Positions 47,816-57,904 of a DNA stretch of 64,000 bases are shown one piece after another; position 1 is the first letter of the stretch, and each line of letters opens with the position of its first letter. Made by a program: the position numbers and the translations under genes. The DNA is from a virus (lineage: Duplodnaviria; Caudoviricetes): the IMG/VR virus record IMGVR_UViG_3300046817_000863, positions 242-64,241 of that record; one strand, written 5' to 3'. Below the pieces are notes generated by a model that saw nothing but the letters and a program-made list of their open reading frames with translations, made no database searches and was not told the DNA's origin.

Positions 47816-49618
47816 TCATGCATCGCCCCCTGTGTTTTCGTTCTGATATATCGGCCCAATTCGATATGCCCCGCTCGTCAACTTCGCCACCAGCCCTCGT
47901 TGCTCCATCGACAGCAGGCATGACCTCACGAGGTTCACGTTCATGCGCAGCGCTGAGGCCAACCTGGCAGGGATCATCTGCCCGTCCGTCTGCAGGCAGG
48001 TCATGATTTCGCGCTCGTCTTTCATCGCACGAACCTCTTGCCCCGTCCCGATCATTTCCCAGCCGAACGCAGCGCTATCGCGGTTGAAGCGGAGCCCGAA
48101 GGTCTGCTCTTCAACCTCACGCCCAACAATCTCCAGCGAGCACAATCCGGTTTGCCTGTCTTCGCGAGTAAGTGACCAGATCGCATCCGCGGCCGCCGTT
48201 ATCCCGGTCGTGCCTGCTACCGCATCGATCCCGCTTTCTCCAGGCACACTCTTGCGCTGGTGGTGAACCAGCACCATAGCCGTTTCGTGCTTCGCGCCGA
48301 TCTTGCGTATGGTGTCGATTTCGCTGTACTCCGCACGCATCACGTCTTTGGTCTTCCCGGATCCCCCTACCAGCGCAAGAAACGTGTCGATAATCACCAC
48401 CGTCGGTCGACGTTCAGCAATGATCTTGTCCAGTTGCTCAGCACCACCATGCCCCAGCGGGTCAAGGGAGTAAACCATCGAGATGTTCTGGAGGAACACC
48501 GATTCGGATTCCTTCAGCTTTCGCATTCGCGATGCTGTTCTGGCTTGCGATTCTTCGAGTGCGACGTACAGCACCACACCGGGCGAATGAACGCTCTGGC
48601 CTATGACCTGGCGCCCCTCTGCGATGGCAAGAGCAAGTTGCAGCGTGAGCCACGACTTTCCTGTTTTCGGCCGACCAGCGAATATCGTCAGCCCGTTGTA
48701 GAGCATCCCTGGGATGATGCATCGCATATCCAGCCCCGAAGATCTATACACCGTCAGGCCGTCGACGGTAGCTACTCCAATGCGCTCCTCGCGCTCTTGT
48801 GCTTCGTGCTCTTTTGCCTTGGTGAGGCGATACAGTTTCGTGGCAGTGCGGAACAGATCGTTATCGGCAGGCTGGTACTTCATCACGCTTGCCGCGATTT
48901 GCTGGACGTTCCTGGCATCCCCCGGGATCGTGCAGCGCCTGCTGTTTACTTCCTGCATCGTGGGCAGCATCTCGGCATCTGTGAGCCCCATCTTGCGCAG
49001 CGCGCCGGCCAGCGCCAGCAGCGTGTAGTGCTGCACCCCGTGCGGTATGCGATCGGGTACAGGAAAATGTGAACTGCCGTGATGGCTTTCCTTGTGCCCA
49101 AGGATCTCCAGCAACCAAAGCGGAGCCTCCGCAAGCTTTACGCGCTCGATCTCATCCAGCCCATCCCAGACGTACTCGTCTCCGGTAACGGGGTGAATGC
49201 TTGGAGGCGCTACGACCTGTCCCCCATCTCCCCGGATGTCGATCCCAGGCATAAGCCCCGCGGCATTCGACACGGGGAATGTGGGATAGCGGAAAAACAG
49301 GTGCATCCCCTTGCTGCCTGTAATCTGCTGCCAGGTGTCAGGGAACTGCCCGTGCTTCGTCAGCAGCGTTTCGTAGCTCTCGTACCCTCCGTTCTTCGGG
49401 TCGACATCGACCACGAAGACTCCGCTTCGCTTGCCGGTGGCGATGCCAACGTTGGCGGTTGGATTTTGCTGCCACCAGCGGGAGATTATGGCCTTGTCGT
49501 TAGTCGCCACTTCCGGCCAGTTAGCGAACATCGGCTTTTTCTCCCGAGGCTTCAGCGGGATCACACACAAACCGAGTTGCGCGTATCGCAGAGCAGCCTG
49601 GCCTAAATCGCTCAGCAT
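47816..49618 (-). CDS. Bifunctional primase-polymerase (Prim-Pol) plus PriCT and AAA_25/RepA-type helicase
   Basis: NVGIATG, VVDVD, TGSKGMHLFF, DIRGDGGQVVAPPS; GRPKTGKS; IIDT; LVHH. Confidence 0.92.
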   Translation of the reverse strand: MLSDLGQAALRYAQLGLCVIPLKPREKKPMFANWPEVATNDKAIISRWWQQNPTANVGIATGKRSGVFVVDVDPKNGGYESYETLLTKHGQFPDTWQQITGSKGMHLFFRYPTFPVSNAAGLMPGIDIRGDGGQVVAPPSIHPVTGDEYVWDGLDEIERVKLAEAPLWLLEILGHKESHHGSSHFPVPDRIPHGVQHYTLLALAGALRKMGLTDAEMLPTMQEVNSRRCTIPGDARNVQQIAASVMKYQPADNDLFRTATKLYRLTKAKEHEAQEREERIGVATVDGLTVYRSSGLDMRCIIPGMLYNGLTIFAGRPKTGKSWLTLQLALAIAEGRQVIGQSVHSPGVVLYVALEESQARTASRMRKLKESESVFLQNISMVYSLDPLGHGGAEQLDKIIAERRPTVVIIDTFLALVGGSGKTKDVMRAEYSEIDTIRKIGAKHETAMVLVHHQRKSVPGESGIDAVAGTTGITAAADAIWSLTREDRQTGLCSLEIVGREVEEQTFGLRFNRDSAAFGWEMIGTGQEVRAMKDEREIMTCLQTDGQMIPARLASALRMNVNLVRSCLLSMEQRGLVAKLTSGAYRIGPIYQNENTGGDA

Positions 49619-49620
49619 GG

Positions 49621-50565
49621 CTAGTCGTCATCTTCCCGGCCAACCATGGCCTCGGTCGTGTCGTCCCAGCGCTCAGCGCGAATCCACGTAGCTCCGTGGG
49701 GACGCTTTTCCTCCGAGCGCGTAAGCATCACCGGGGATTGGGCCTCTACCGCAGCCACGATTTGTTCGTGCAGTGCCAGCGTAGTCACGCGTTCGAAGTA
49801 CGCGACGCGTGCCTCTTTTTTGCAGGCTTTGCGCCAGTAGCCCATCCAGAACTCTTCAAACCAGCCCAGCCGTGCGTAGATCCAATACAGCGAATCCGGC
49901 GCTTTATCCTCGGGAATGTCTCGCCCCTTCAGGTCGTAGATTTTGTCGATTACCGCAGTCGGAGTTTTTCTGATGCCTTGCCACCCCACCGACGTGAGGT
50001 AGGCAGCCCCGTCAGCGGGTGAAGGCTCAGCGTCTTCGCTGCGGTCAAACAGAAGCGCTTCGTCAGCCGCGGCATTCCCCCTGGAGGGAACCGGCTTTGA
50101 GGCGTTGCTCTTGCCTGGTTTTTGCGAGACACCCGCACCGTCCCCTTGGGGGACTATAGGGGGTTCTGTATCTGTATCTGTATCTGTATCTAGTTCTTTG
50201 CTTCGGACACTCTCCGGACACTCTCCGGACACTCTCCCGACACGAAGGGTGTATTCATCCCTATATTTCAACAACTTAGGAATTGAAACTTTAAGGCTTT
50301 CTCCGCAGAGTTCATACGAAACCAACCGAAACTTTGCTAAAAGTTCCAACAATCTTAGAAGTTTCTGACGATTTGTGTATAAGTTTGCTCTCCAAAACGA
50401 GAGCGGATGGACGGCTTCTGAGGTGACGTCACCCCCACCAATTCGCTCTGCTATGACCTCACAAAGGAGCCAGTAGAACCCATACGCTTCAGGTCCCGCT
50501 TCGGACAGAACGGGGGTCATGTTTTCGTCAACGTGAGCCCTCGTGAGGTGCTTAAACCACCTCAT
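49621..50565 (-). CDS. Phage replication initiator/organiser
   Basis: MRWFKH...GFYW; DTDTDT; FEEFW..Y; PHGATWIRAERWDD. Confidence 0.8.
   Translation of the reverse strand: MRWFKHLTRAHVDENMTPVLSEAGPEAYGFYWLLCEVIAERIGGGDVTSEAVHPLSFWRANLYTNRQKLLRLLELLAKFRLVSYELCGESLKVSIPKLLKYRDEYTLRVGRVSGECPESVRSKELDTDTDTDTEPPIVPQGDGAGVSQKPGKSNASKPVPSRGNAAADEALLFDRSEDAEPSPADGAAYLTSVGWQGIRKTPTAVIDKIYDLKGRDIPEDKAPDSLYWIYARLGWFEEFWMGYWRKACKKEARVAYFERVTTLALHEQIVAAVEAQSPVMLTRSEEKRPHGATWIRAERWDDTTEAMVGREDDD
50165..50243. repeat. Iteron-like repeats (candidate origin)
   Basis: (TCTGTA)4 then CGGACACTCTC x3 plus partial copy; AT-richer DNA adjacent. Confidence 0.75.
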
Positions 50566-50739
50566 TCAGGTGTTACTCTCCCACTCCGCACGCAACTCGT
50601 CGTCTGTGAGGTTGAAGGGCTCGTTGCCTGGTTCTGGGAGAGGACTAGTACCGTGACCCTCAAAATGAGCCGTACTAATACTGTTTTCAGGTGTTTCGGA
50701 GGATGCCGGAATGGGGTAGGATAATATCTGAACAGGCAT
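50566..50739 (-). CDS. 57-aa leader ORF coupled to the initiator; not in track
   Basis: AAGGAG SD; MPVQILSYP...WESNT; TGA immediately followed by the initiator ATG. Confidence 0.55.
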   Translation of the reverse strand: MPVQILSYPIPASSETPENSISTAHFEGHGTSPLPEPGNEPFNLTDDELRAEWESNT

Positions 50740-50767
50740 TTTCGCTCTCCTTAGCGAATCTTGCTTA

Positions 50768-50813
50768 GGGGGCTTCGATGGTTCACCGCCATCGGGGTCC
50801 CCGTTTCGTTTTT
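50768..50813 (+). terminator. Terminator of a putative antisense RNA
   Basis: GGGGGCTTCGATGG-loop-CCATCGGGGTCCCC-GTTTCGTTTTT; G-U pairs on plus. Confidence 0.55.
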
Positions 50814-51134
50814 AAGGGTATCAGAAAACCCCGTAAAGTCAAACACGCATATTCCTGCTTTTACGGGTTTACCTGAGTGTTCGAGAATCATCTCCTCGCA
50901 GAAACTATCCAGAAGCCATTGCTCCACCGTCGCCGGCGTGCATTGCACGTCTAAGCACTTGTGGTCGGGCTTCATGTGCTCCAGAGCAGCAAGCTGCTGT
51001 TCGCGGCACCATGCGGTTTCTTTTGTTGGAATAGCACTAGTTTCAGGAAATTCACTCATAGCGATACGCCTTCAGCGAATAACGAGTAGTGCCGGTTGAG
51101 CCTGTTTTTAGCGATGTCGCTCATACTTGCCTTG

Positions 51135-51941
51135 TCATGCGGTCGCCGCGTGGGACTCGCGCACTTGCAAGTCGGCAGGAAACTTGTCGAATTCTTTGAA
51201 CTGTCTGGTGTTCGCCTGAGACAGTTGCTTCATGAAGAATGCAACCCCGGTACGCTGGCACTGATCACGCAGCGAGCGCGCCCACTCAACCGGCATTGGG
51301 CGAGCACCAGGACCGCTCTCCCCTCCGCAGATAACCTGGTGTATTCCGCCCCTGGCTAACTGGTGCTCGATATCTAATTCCCCAAGCAACGGTTCGCAGC
51401 TGAGTGCACGGGAAGCGAATGGAGTGCACTGCAAGGCGTCGACACGCCAGAGGTAATCTCTGGACTCAACGGTCGTCATTCCGCAGACGTTAGGCTGTGG
51501 ATTCTCTACCCACCGTGACGGCAGGAATCGCTTGAAGTTCTGCGGGCGCTTAGTAAGCAACAGCCAGTCAAGGTTAGGTGTCCAGCCGATCAGCCTGTAG
51601 AGCCATTCGCGTGACTCTAGTATGTTCTCCGAGACAAGATGCGCGGTTCCTGCGTACTCTTCCATGACGTCGCACATCGAACCGCAGAATACCCGCGCTC
51701 GCCGGCCAGACTTTGCTGCTGCCTTATCCCATTTCACTGGCGCTGACCAGTACTTGTCTCCGAAGAATCTACGCTCAGCGTCCTTGCCCCAGATCGGGAA
51801 CTTAGACCCTGTTTCGCTGAATCCGACGCGCTTCGCGAACCCTTCCGCGTAGCAGTGGTCGCAGGCAGGACTTACTGCGGTACAACCCCACCAGGGGTTG
51901 AATGTGTGGTCGGTCCATTCGATCCTTGAATTTGTGCTCAT
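51135..51941 (-). CDS. DUF5131 / phage Gp37Gp68 family protein
   Basis: IEWTDHTFNPWWGC..VSPACDHCYA; LLTKRP; SCEPLLG; GGESGPGARP; FFMKQ. Confidence 0.92.
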   Translation of the reverse strand: MSTNSRIEWTDHTFNPWWGCTAVSPACDHCYAEGFAKRVGFSETGSKFPIWGKDAERRFFGDKYWSAPVKWDKAAAKSGRRARVFCGSMCDVMEEYAGTAHLVSENILESREWLYRLIGWTPNLDWLLLTKRPQNFKRFLPSRWVENPQPNVCGMTTVESRDYLWRVDALQCTPFASRALSCEPLLGELDIEHQLARGGIHQVICGGESGPGARPMPVEWARSLRDQCQRTGVAFFMKQLSQANTRQFKEFDKFPADLQVRESHAATA

Positions 51942-51943
51942 CG

Positions 51944-52222
51944 CTACCCCTTCAGCGCGGCAACAGCATCCAGCAATCGAGGCAGCGCATTCACGGCAGC
52001 GGCGATTAGATCCATCTCTTCCGGGTAAAGAGAGCATGTACCGTAGTAACGGCCGCTGCTCGAATACAGCGCCAATGTCCCACCGTGTGGCTCAGTGTCG
52101 GCCTGGTGTAGTGCACAGTAAGCGCCTCGGCTTGTCTCGACGCGCCACGGGAACCGCTGCGGTACGGCTGCAAGTAGCCTGCGAAGTTCCGCAACCTCCT
52201 CGCTGGTGATGTGGTCACTCAC
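51944..52222 (-). CDS. Hypothetical protein
   Basis: LIAAAVNALPRLLD. Confidence 0.6.
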   Translation of the reverse strand: MSDHITSEEVAELRRLLAAVPQRFPWRVETSRGAYCALHQADTEPHGGTLALYSSSGRYYGTCSLYPEEMDLIAAAVNALPRLLDAVAALKG

Positions 52223-52641
52223 AGAATCTTCTCCTCCCAGCCTCCACCCAAGCCAGGGAAAGCAATCTTAAACGTGAACGGGAACGTAGCGCCCGCGGCG
52301 ACACCAAGCTTGCAGCGTGCATCGTCCTCCATCCGCGGGATGCGCTTCGTACTGCCAGTTTTCTTTAGCGCGTACTTCGTGTTAGTAGCTGCTTTAACTT
52401 CAACGCAAGTGAGTGTCCCATCGCGCTCGAAGACGAGGAAATCCGGTGTATACCGGACGTCCTTGCCAAGCTTCAGACTCACCAGCTCGAACCAGTAATT
52501 ATGGATCTCACCTAAACGCTTTCGCGCCTCCAGAACGAGCGCATACGCAGCCTCGGTTTGGTTCATCTTCCCGTGCTTGTGTACTCCCCGGGCTTTACTC
52601 CGGGGTTGATTGCGGAACTGCGCTGGAGTGATTGTGTTCAT
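52219..52641 (-). CDS. PD-(D/E)XK nuclease (DUF1064-like)
   Basis: MNQTEAAY; YTPDF; VEVK. Confidence 0.8.
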   Translation of the reverse strand: MNTITPAQFRNQPRSKARGVHKHGKMNQTEAAYALVLEARKRLGEIHNYWFELVSLKLGKDVRYTPDFLVFERDGTLTCVEVKAATNTKYALKKTGSTKRIPRMEDDARCKLGVAAGATFPFTFKIAFPGLGGGWEEKIL

Positions 52642-53051
52642 GCCTCTGCTGCTTCCTGGAAAAGGTTGTCCTGGAGTTCGTGCGGCTCCATTGCTGCCTC
52701 GCGCACCAGTTCCCCTGTATCAAGCCGAAATGTCGTCTTCTTGCCTTGCGTAGGGAAGTGGAAGTAGATCTCGCAATCTATGTCTCTGTACTCGTACCCG
52801 TTGGTGTACTTGCGAGACTCGCGCGAGATCGCCGATTCGGCCTCAGTGATCTGAGCTTTCAGATCCGCGTCGACCTGTTTCTTCTGGTCTTCCAGCATCA
52901 CTTTCCGCTGGTTAGCGTTAGCCAGTTCGGTAGCGATTTCTTTCTTCTCGCGCTCCGAGAAGTCGTAGCGCAAATTTACTTTAATGTCTTTCTTTTGTCT
53001 CTCTGCCATGGGTAGCTCTTTCAGACTCTTGTTTTCCGGCAATCCCAGCAA
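52638..53051 (-). CDS. Phage coiled-coil hypothetical protein
   Basis: GYEYRDIDC..RLDTGE..Q..LF. Confidence 0.65.
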   Translation of the reverse strand: MLGLPENKSLKELPMAERQKKDIKVNLRYDFSEREKKEIATELANANQRKVMLEDQKKQVDADLKAQITEAESAISRESRKYTNGYEYRDIDCEIYFHFPTQGKKTTFRLDTGELVREAAMEPHELQDNLFQEAAEA

Positions 53052-53482
53052 ATCCCAGTACCCTCGGTGCTGTCTTCAGCGCACACGCAACTCCCGCTGG
53101 GGACGGTGGCGGGCACCTTCCGCCGATACTGAAACCACAGCGCTATAAGCAGGCAGCCAAGCAACATCAACACGGCCGAGGATGGCTCCGGGACCTGGTT
53201 CACGCTTCCGCCGTCATCAACGTGAATCTCGGTGATGGGGGTAGCAGGCGGTGGGGTCAAGACAGGCGGTGGATCATAGTGAGTCACTGGCGGTGGATCG
53301 TAGTGAATCACAACCTCAGGACAGAAGTTATTCGGGCAGATAGGCACTGGCTCGAAAGGCAGACCGTCTACATGATTATCGACAACAGTGATTCCCGTCT
53401 GCGGATTCTGCCAGGTGTAGAGGTAGCCACCATCGCTACCTGACTGCTGATATACGTCTCCGTTATTGCCTACAAAACTCAT
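53021..53482 (-). CDS. PEP-CTERM domain protein
   Basis: VPEPSSAVLMLLGCLLIALWFQYRRK; AGGAG SD. Confidence 0.85.
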   Translation of the reverse strand: MSFVGNNGDVYQQSGSDGGYLYTWQNPQTGITVVDNHVDGLPFEPVPICPNNFCPEVVIHYDPPPVTHYDPPPVLTPPPATPITEIHVDDGGSVNQVPEPSSAVLMLLGCLLIALWFQYRRKVPATVPSGSCVCAEDSTEGTGICWDCRKTRV

Positions 53483-53525
53483 TTCGTTTCTCCTCTTAAC
53501 AAACTAAGATCAACTTCTCGCGGGG

Positions 53526-53834
53526 TTATCGGCACGCCACATTTACGATCAGCGCTCCCCAGCCAGCGCCTGCAAGCAGACCTGCAAAAACCAGCGACTT
53601 ACGAAGGCTTGTATTGTGTCGGAGTTCTTTCCTGTAAGCTACGCGAGTGGCAGTGAGGCACGTAACGCCAACCGTGTAGATAGTCTGCCCTTCGAACTGC
53701 ATCGGGTACACCGGAACACCAAGTTCGTGTTCCATCCTCTCTGCCTTCTCTGCGGTGATGCTCTTGAGTTCTTCTGTTGCTGAGTTAACCAGCTTCTTGA
53801 TTTCAGCCAGGTTGTATTCGCGTGGATCGCTCAT
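53526..53834 (-). CDS. Membrane-anchored hypothetical protein
   Basis: C-terminal TM. Confidence 0.55.
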   Translation of the reverse strand: MSDPREYNLAEIKKLVNSATEELKSITAEKAERMEHELGVPVYPMQFEGQTIYTVGVTCLTATRVAYRKELRHNTSLRKSLVFAGLLAGAGWGALIVNVACR

Positions 53835-54025
53835 TGCGCCATCACCTCGCGAGCAAGCGATTCGCGCTGCCGGCCCTCAATAAGTGCCCTGCGCTGGCGT
53901 AACCTTCTGCTGGCACCAAGCAGCCTGATTGCAACAGCCTCCAGTGTGTTAGCGAGTCCTCTGTCAAGCAGGTAGACCACTATGCCGATAAGTGCCAACA
54001 CGAGAACTGCAATCGCTACCGTCAT
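53831..54025 (-). CDS. Single-TM hypothetical protein
   Basis: GGAGG SD; N-terminal TM. Confidence 0.6.
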   Translation of the reverse strand: MTVAIAVLVLALIGIVVYLLDRGLANTLEAVAIRLLGASRRLRQRRALIEGRQRESLAREVMAQ

Positions 54026-54044
54026 TTCTGCCTCCCCCCTCAAG

Positions 54045-54250
54045 CCAGACGAATCCCGTCTGGATCATCCCCGGAAGGGGAGTCCAAATTGCAGGCCGTA
54101 CAGTTGGATTTTCGGGATCCGTCTGGATAGACCGTGACACCCCGGTTTCACGATCTATCGAGACGGCCTCTCGCGAGGCTCGTCCCGAAGCTAGTCTTAT
54201 TTCCTAAGGAGGACTGTTCATTTGCTGCAGGCTTTATTTACCCTGCCCAT
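54045..54250 (-). ncRNA. Structured intergenic RNA element (candidate)
   Basis: Consecutive hairpins with G-U pairs and a GCGA loop on minus. Confidence 0.45.
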
Positions 54251-54273
54251 AAAGGACCACCTTTCTTATAAAG

Positions 54274-54663
54274 TCAGGTTTGCCAGTCGTCATCTACCGG
54301 GACGGTCACTTCGCGAGGTTCGCGCGAGCCACCACCACCAAGCAGAATTACGTTGTCAGCGACAATTTCAGTAATATACTTTTTCGTGCCGTCATTGCCT
54401 TCGTAACTGCGCGTAGACAAGCGGCCCTCCACATATACCTGCTTGCCCTTCAGGAGGTAATTGGAAAGACTCTCGCCATTCCACAAAATAATATTGGCCC
54501 ACGTAGTTTCTTCCTTCCAATCGCCGGATGTCTTGTCTTTCCATTTATGGCCGAGTGCGAGGCTGAAGCTTGTCTTGCACGCGCCTGACGGCGTGAATTT
54601 GACTTCTGCATCCTTCCCAAGCGATCCAATGAAGATGCATTTATTGACCGAGCGTTGTGACAT
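54274..54663 (-). CDS. ssb: Single-stranded DNA-binding protein
   Basis: SVNKCIFIGSLGKDAE; KGKQVYVEGRLSTRSY; acidic tail. Confidence 0.95.
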   Translation of the reverse strand: MSQRSVNKCIFIGSLGKDAEVKFTPSGACKTSFSLALGHKWKDKTSGDWKEETTWANIILWNGESLSNYLLKGKQVYVEGRLSTRSYEGNDGTKKYITEIVADNVILLGGGGSREPREVTVPVDDDWQT

Positions 54664-55514
54664 TAAGCAATCACCTGTGGCACCTGATGCAAGCTCTGGA
54701 GAAGCTGCAGGCGAGTCTGGAGGTCAGTCTTGATCTCTCGCGCTGCAGCGACCCCGGCCTTAACTACCTCGTTCGCGTGCTTGAACCCTCTATCTCCGAG
54801 AACCGAGTAGTATTCGTGCTCCATGTTGATCTCTACATACCCCGCTTTGATGTGCGCGAAAACGTCAATCATTTCCTGAAACGTTGGAACCTTCGACGGC
54901 TTCACTCGCTCTTTCGCCTGCGCGACACGATCCACAGGTGGGGGAGTGGGCTGAAACGTACCGCCCAGATTTGCCGGGATGTCGCTATCATCGATAGCTG
55001 CTGGCTTTGCCTGTGCCTGAAGGTCTGCGATCTTCTGCTTCGCCACGGCCTGCGCAGCTTCCTTACTCCCGCTCCCGGATGCTGCGTTCCCGTCGTCATC
55101 CTCCGGAGCGATCCCGACCATTGACGCCAGCCCATACCGGCGACCGTAGGTAATCGCGCTGCCAACCGCCTGAGGCGTGTTCTGCACTGCCTCCAGCTCC
55201 AGGCTGCAATCGATCCACTGACCGCTTTTGTGCATCAGCAGCGTAGTCACCGAGACTTTCTTCCCGGTGGACCTCACTGGCTGCAGAACACTCAGCCCGT
55301 TATCGGTGAGTGGCTTTCTGCACGCTTCCCAGACTGAAGCAAGGTCCGCATATTTCCGGTTGAAGTGCGGATTGAGAGTGTCTTTCATCGCGCCCTCAAT
55401 TTGCGCTTGCGCCTTGCATAAGGATTCAGCCAGCGCCTCTATATCGACGCTGCGCTGGTAATTCGCCTCTGCCGCAAGCAGCGGGATGTCGGTCATTCCC
55501 TCGTATTCGCTCAT
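54663..55514 (-). CDS. erf: ERF-family single-strand annealing protein
   Basis: NPHFNRKYADL; LMHKSGQW; QAVGSAITYGRRYGL..MVGIAPEDDDGN. Confidence 0.92.
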   Translation of the reverse strand: MSEYEGMTDIPLLAAEANYQRSVDIEALAESLCKAQAQIEGAMKDTLNPHFNRKYADLASVWEACRKPLTDNGLSVLQPVRSTGKKVSVTTLLMHKSGQWIDCSLELEAVQNTPQAVGSAITYGRRYGLASMVGIAPEDDDGNAASGSGSKEAAQAVAKQKIADLQAQAKPAAIDDSDIPANLGGTFQPTPPPVDRVAQAKERVKPSKVPTFQEMIDVFAHIKAGYVEINMEHEYYSVLGDRGFKHANEVVKAGVAAAREIKTDLQTRLQLLQSLHQVPQVIA

Positions 55515-55924
55515 GCTGTTTCCTCTAAATCCATTGGTTTCTCCGGGTACTCGCCCTGCTCAATCCGGTGCTGCAACTCTCCTACATTCCGCTCGTGCAT
55601 ATCGTTTGCGAGGTTATCCGCGCTGTGCATGATCTCTCCGGTGATTTTCAGCGTGTGGTCGGGCTGGAGGCTGATTGTGTCCGGGACCGAGATGTCAACG
55701 TATCCGTCTTCGAGCACTCCACGAAAGGCCATCGTTTCGTAGTGGCGATTGGCTCCAATCGTTACCAGCTTGTACCCGTCGCTCTTGTCCCTTTGGTTGC
55801 CAACAGTGCTGACGATGTAATGTCTTCCGTCTTCGGTTGACAGCAATGTATTACGCCGGAACAGGCAGCTGGCAGCGCAGATGTAGTGCGCCGGCCAGCC
55901 TCGTTCCAGTCTGGTCACCTTCAC
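55511..55924 (-). CDS. Phage hypothetical protein
   Basis: ERGWPAHYICA..CLFRRNTLL; YETMAF. Confidence 0.65.
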   Translation of the reverse strand: MKVTRLERGWPAHYICAASCLFRRNTLLSTEDGRHYIVSTVGNQRDKSDGYKLVTIGANRHYETMAFRGVLEDGYVDISVPDTISLQPDHTLKITGEIMHSADNLANDMHERNVGELQHRIEQGEYPEKPMDLEETA

Positions 55925-56120
55925 GCTGGCTCCTTCTGTTTTTGTTTCGCTGCCGAACGATACTCATAAAGCCCGAATTCAATCATTCGGTGAACGTGCG
56001 TTGCTCGCATGCTAATAGCAAACGCGGCCGGCATAGGGCGCTTGGACCCGAACCACAGAATTGACTTTCTGGCCAACGACAAGTCCATCAACTGCTTCAG
56101 AGTTTTCACCTTCTTGCCCT

Positions 56121-56423
56121 TCACGTCGGCTCCTTCTCATTCCTCGGGTTGTCTTTTTCGTACTCTGCGGGCATCGTCTTAAGACACTCACGACACAGCC
56201 AGAATTCCCCGTATGCGTACCAGGTGATGCACTTCTGACAGCACTTCCTGTCGCATACCTCGCACGCCATTTCATGCTCTGAGCAGATTCCCTTGTCACA
56301 CCGATCGTCTGAGCATTTCTGCTCAACGCCCTCTCCGCACTCGCAATAGAAAGACATCTCGCGCGCCGGGTGATAGCAAGGTCCGCTGTAATCGCCGACA
56401 TATCCGCGACATAAATGATTCAA
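56121..56423 (-). CDS. Cys-rich hypothetical protein
   Basis: Multiple CxxC. Confidence 0.55.
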   Translation of the reverse strand: MNHLCRGYVGDYSGPCYHPAREMSFYCECGEGVEQKCSDDRCDKGICSEHEMACEVCDRKCCQKCITWYAYGEFWLCRECLKTMPAEYEKDNPRNEKEPT

Positions 56424-57503
56424 CTGAAATATCTCCTGATCACGATGCGTACGATCCCGACCATGCCGAGCCCCATGAGAGGCAGAGCTATCAGCATGTA
56501 GATGAAATCTACCCCGTGCTCCTCCATGAGGACGGCAATGATCACAGCCCCCGCTATCTGAATAACGACGTCATACCAGGTGATAAGAAAGCGCTCTTTA
56601 CTCACAGCCCACACTCACATTCGTACTGGTTGCAATTCGGGCACATGGCAGGCATGCAGTGGAGGCAATACCCTCGCTCCGCAATGTTGCGCTTACACCT
56701 GGCTTCACGTACCTCGCGCCGAGAATCACCGACAGTGCGGCCGGAATCGTCAGACTCTCCCACCGTGGCGCCGAATGCTTGCTCGTCGCTGATGACATCA
56801 GCCATTACTTACTTCTTTGCTCTTGATACTTCGAGCGAATAATCGCTAAGCGCAGCACGAAGCGTGAACTGAGTCCGCGCGTACAGCGGATGCGTCCACA
56901 GCCCGTCCGTATTCTGCTGCCAGCCGAAATCGCGCAGATTATGTTCCGGAACCTTGCTTGTTTCCAGTACTGCCGGTGCTCCAGGAGCAGGCTTCATTAC
57001 TTCAAATCTCCCCATTCATCCCTTTCATCTCTCACCGCGCGAAGTACAGAGCTGATGAATTCCCAGATGACGGCAATAGCCACCACCACGAGCACCAATC
57101 CGAACTCGAAGATTGCGGCACTGCCCCTGTTCATCGCATCGCCTTTCCTTCTGCACTTGGAACAACGTACTCAATCATTCTTCTCGCTCTCCGCAAATCG
57201 AACATTCCCACCATTCCTCGTGCCATCGTTCATAGGGCCCCCAATCCAGACCGTGAGTCTCCACGTGGTCAGCAGACTTGTGCTCCATGTGCTCCTCGCA
57301 GTCATGGTCAGGAACCTCGATTTCCCTGCCGTACATCTCTTCACAGTCACCGCGGTAAATGACTTTCATTCGTCCCATCCGTGAGGGCTTAACTCCGAAG
57401 ATCGCGAACAAAAACGCGAGCACTATAGCCGTAATCATCGCGGCCATTGCCAAACAGAACTCAAGCACGGAGAGACATAATTCGATCACGGACATTCTCG
57501 TCC

Positions 57504-57749
57504 TCATCGGGTACTTGCCTCCGCGTCCTCCTCGGCTTTCCTAGCAAGCTTAAGCACGTCGGCCGGTGGCTTCTGGGGTACCATTCCGTTCTCGTGCAGC
57601 AACTGCCATTCGCGAGCAACTTGCTCTCCGCCTCGTTCTGGGTGGTCGCCTCCCCCGGTCGCATAGGGTACGGCTACAGCGGCGAGCACGGCTTTAGGAA
57701 TCAGGTCGTAGAAGGAAAGCAAGTTTTTGTAATCATTGCCCGTTTTCAT
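57504..57749 (-). CDS. Hypothetical protein
   Basis: GAGG SD; IPKAVLAAVA...EWQLLHENGMVPQKP. Confidence 0.6.
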   Translation of the reverse strand: MKTGNDYKNLLSFYDLIPKAVLAAVAVPYATGGGDHPERGGEQVAREWQLLHENGMVPQKPPADVLKLARKAEEDAEASTR

Positions 57750-57843
57750 GCTGCGCACCTCTGACTTTGTGTTACGCCAAAAATGGTCCTCGCCCGCAGT
57801 CGAGCGATAGTCTGGATTTTCAACGTCGGAAGGGAAAGCGGGG

Positions 57844-57889
57844 AAACAAAGAACAGGACTCACGGATCGAAAAGCTACGTGAGCCCTGC
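57844..57889 (-). terminator. Terminator/attenuator after the peptide genes
   Basis: GCAGGGCTCACG-loop-CGTGAGTCCTGT-TCTTTGTTT. Confidence 0.6.
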
Positions 57890-57904
57890 CCCCACTCATC
57901 CGGC

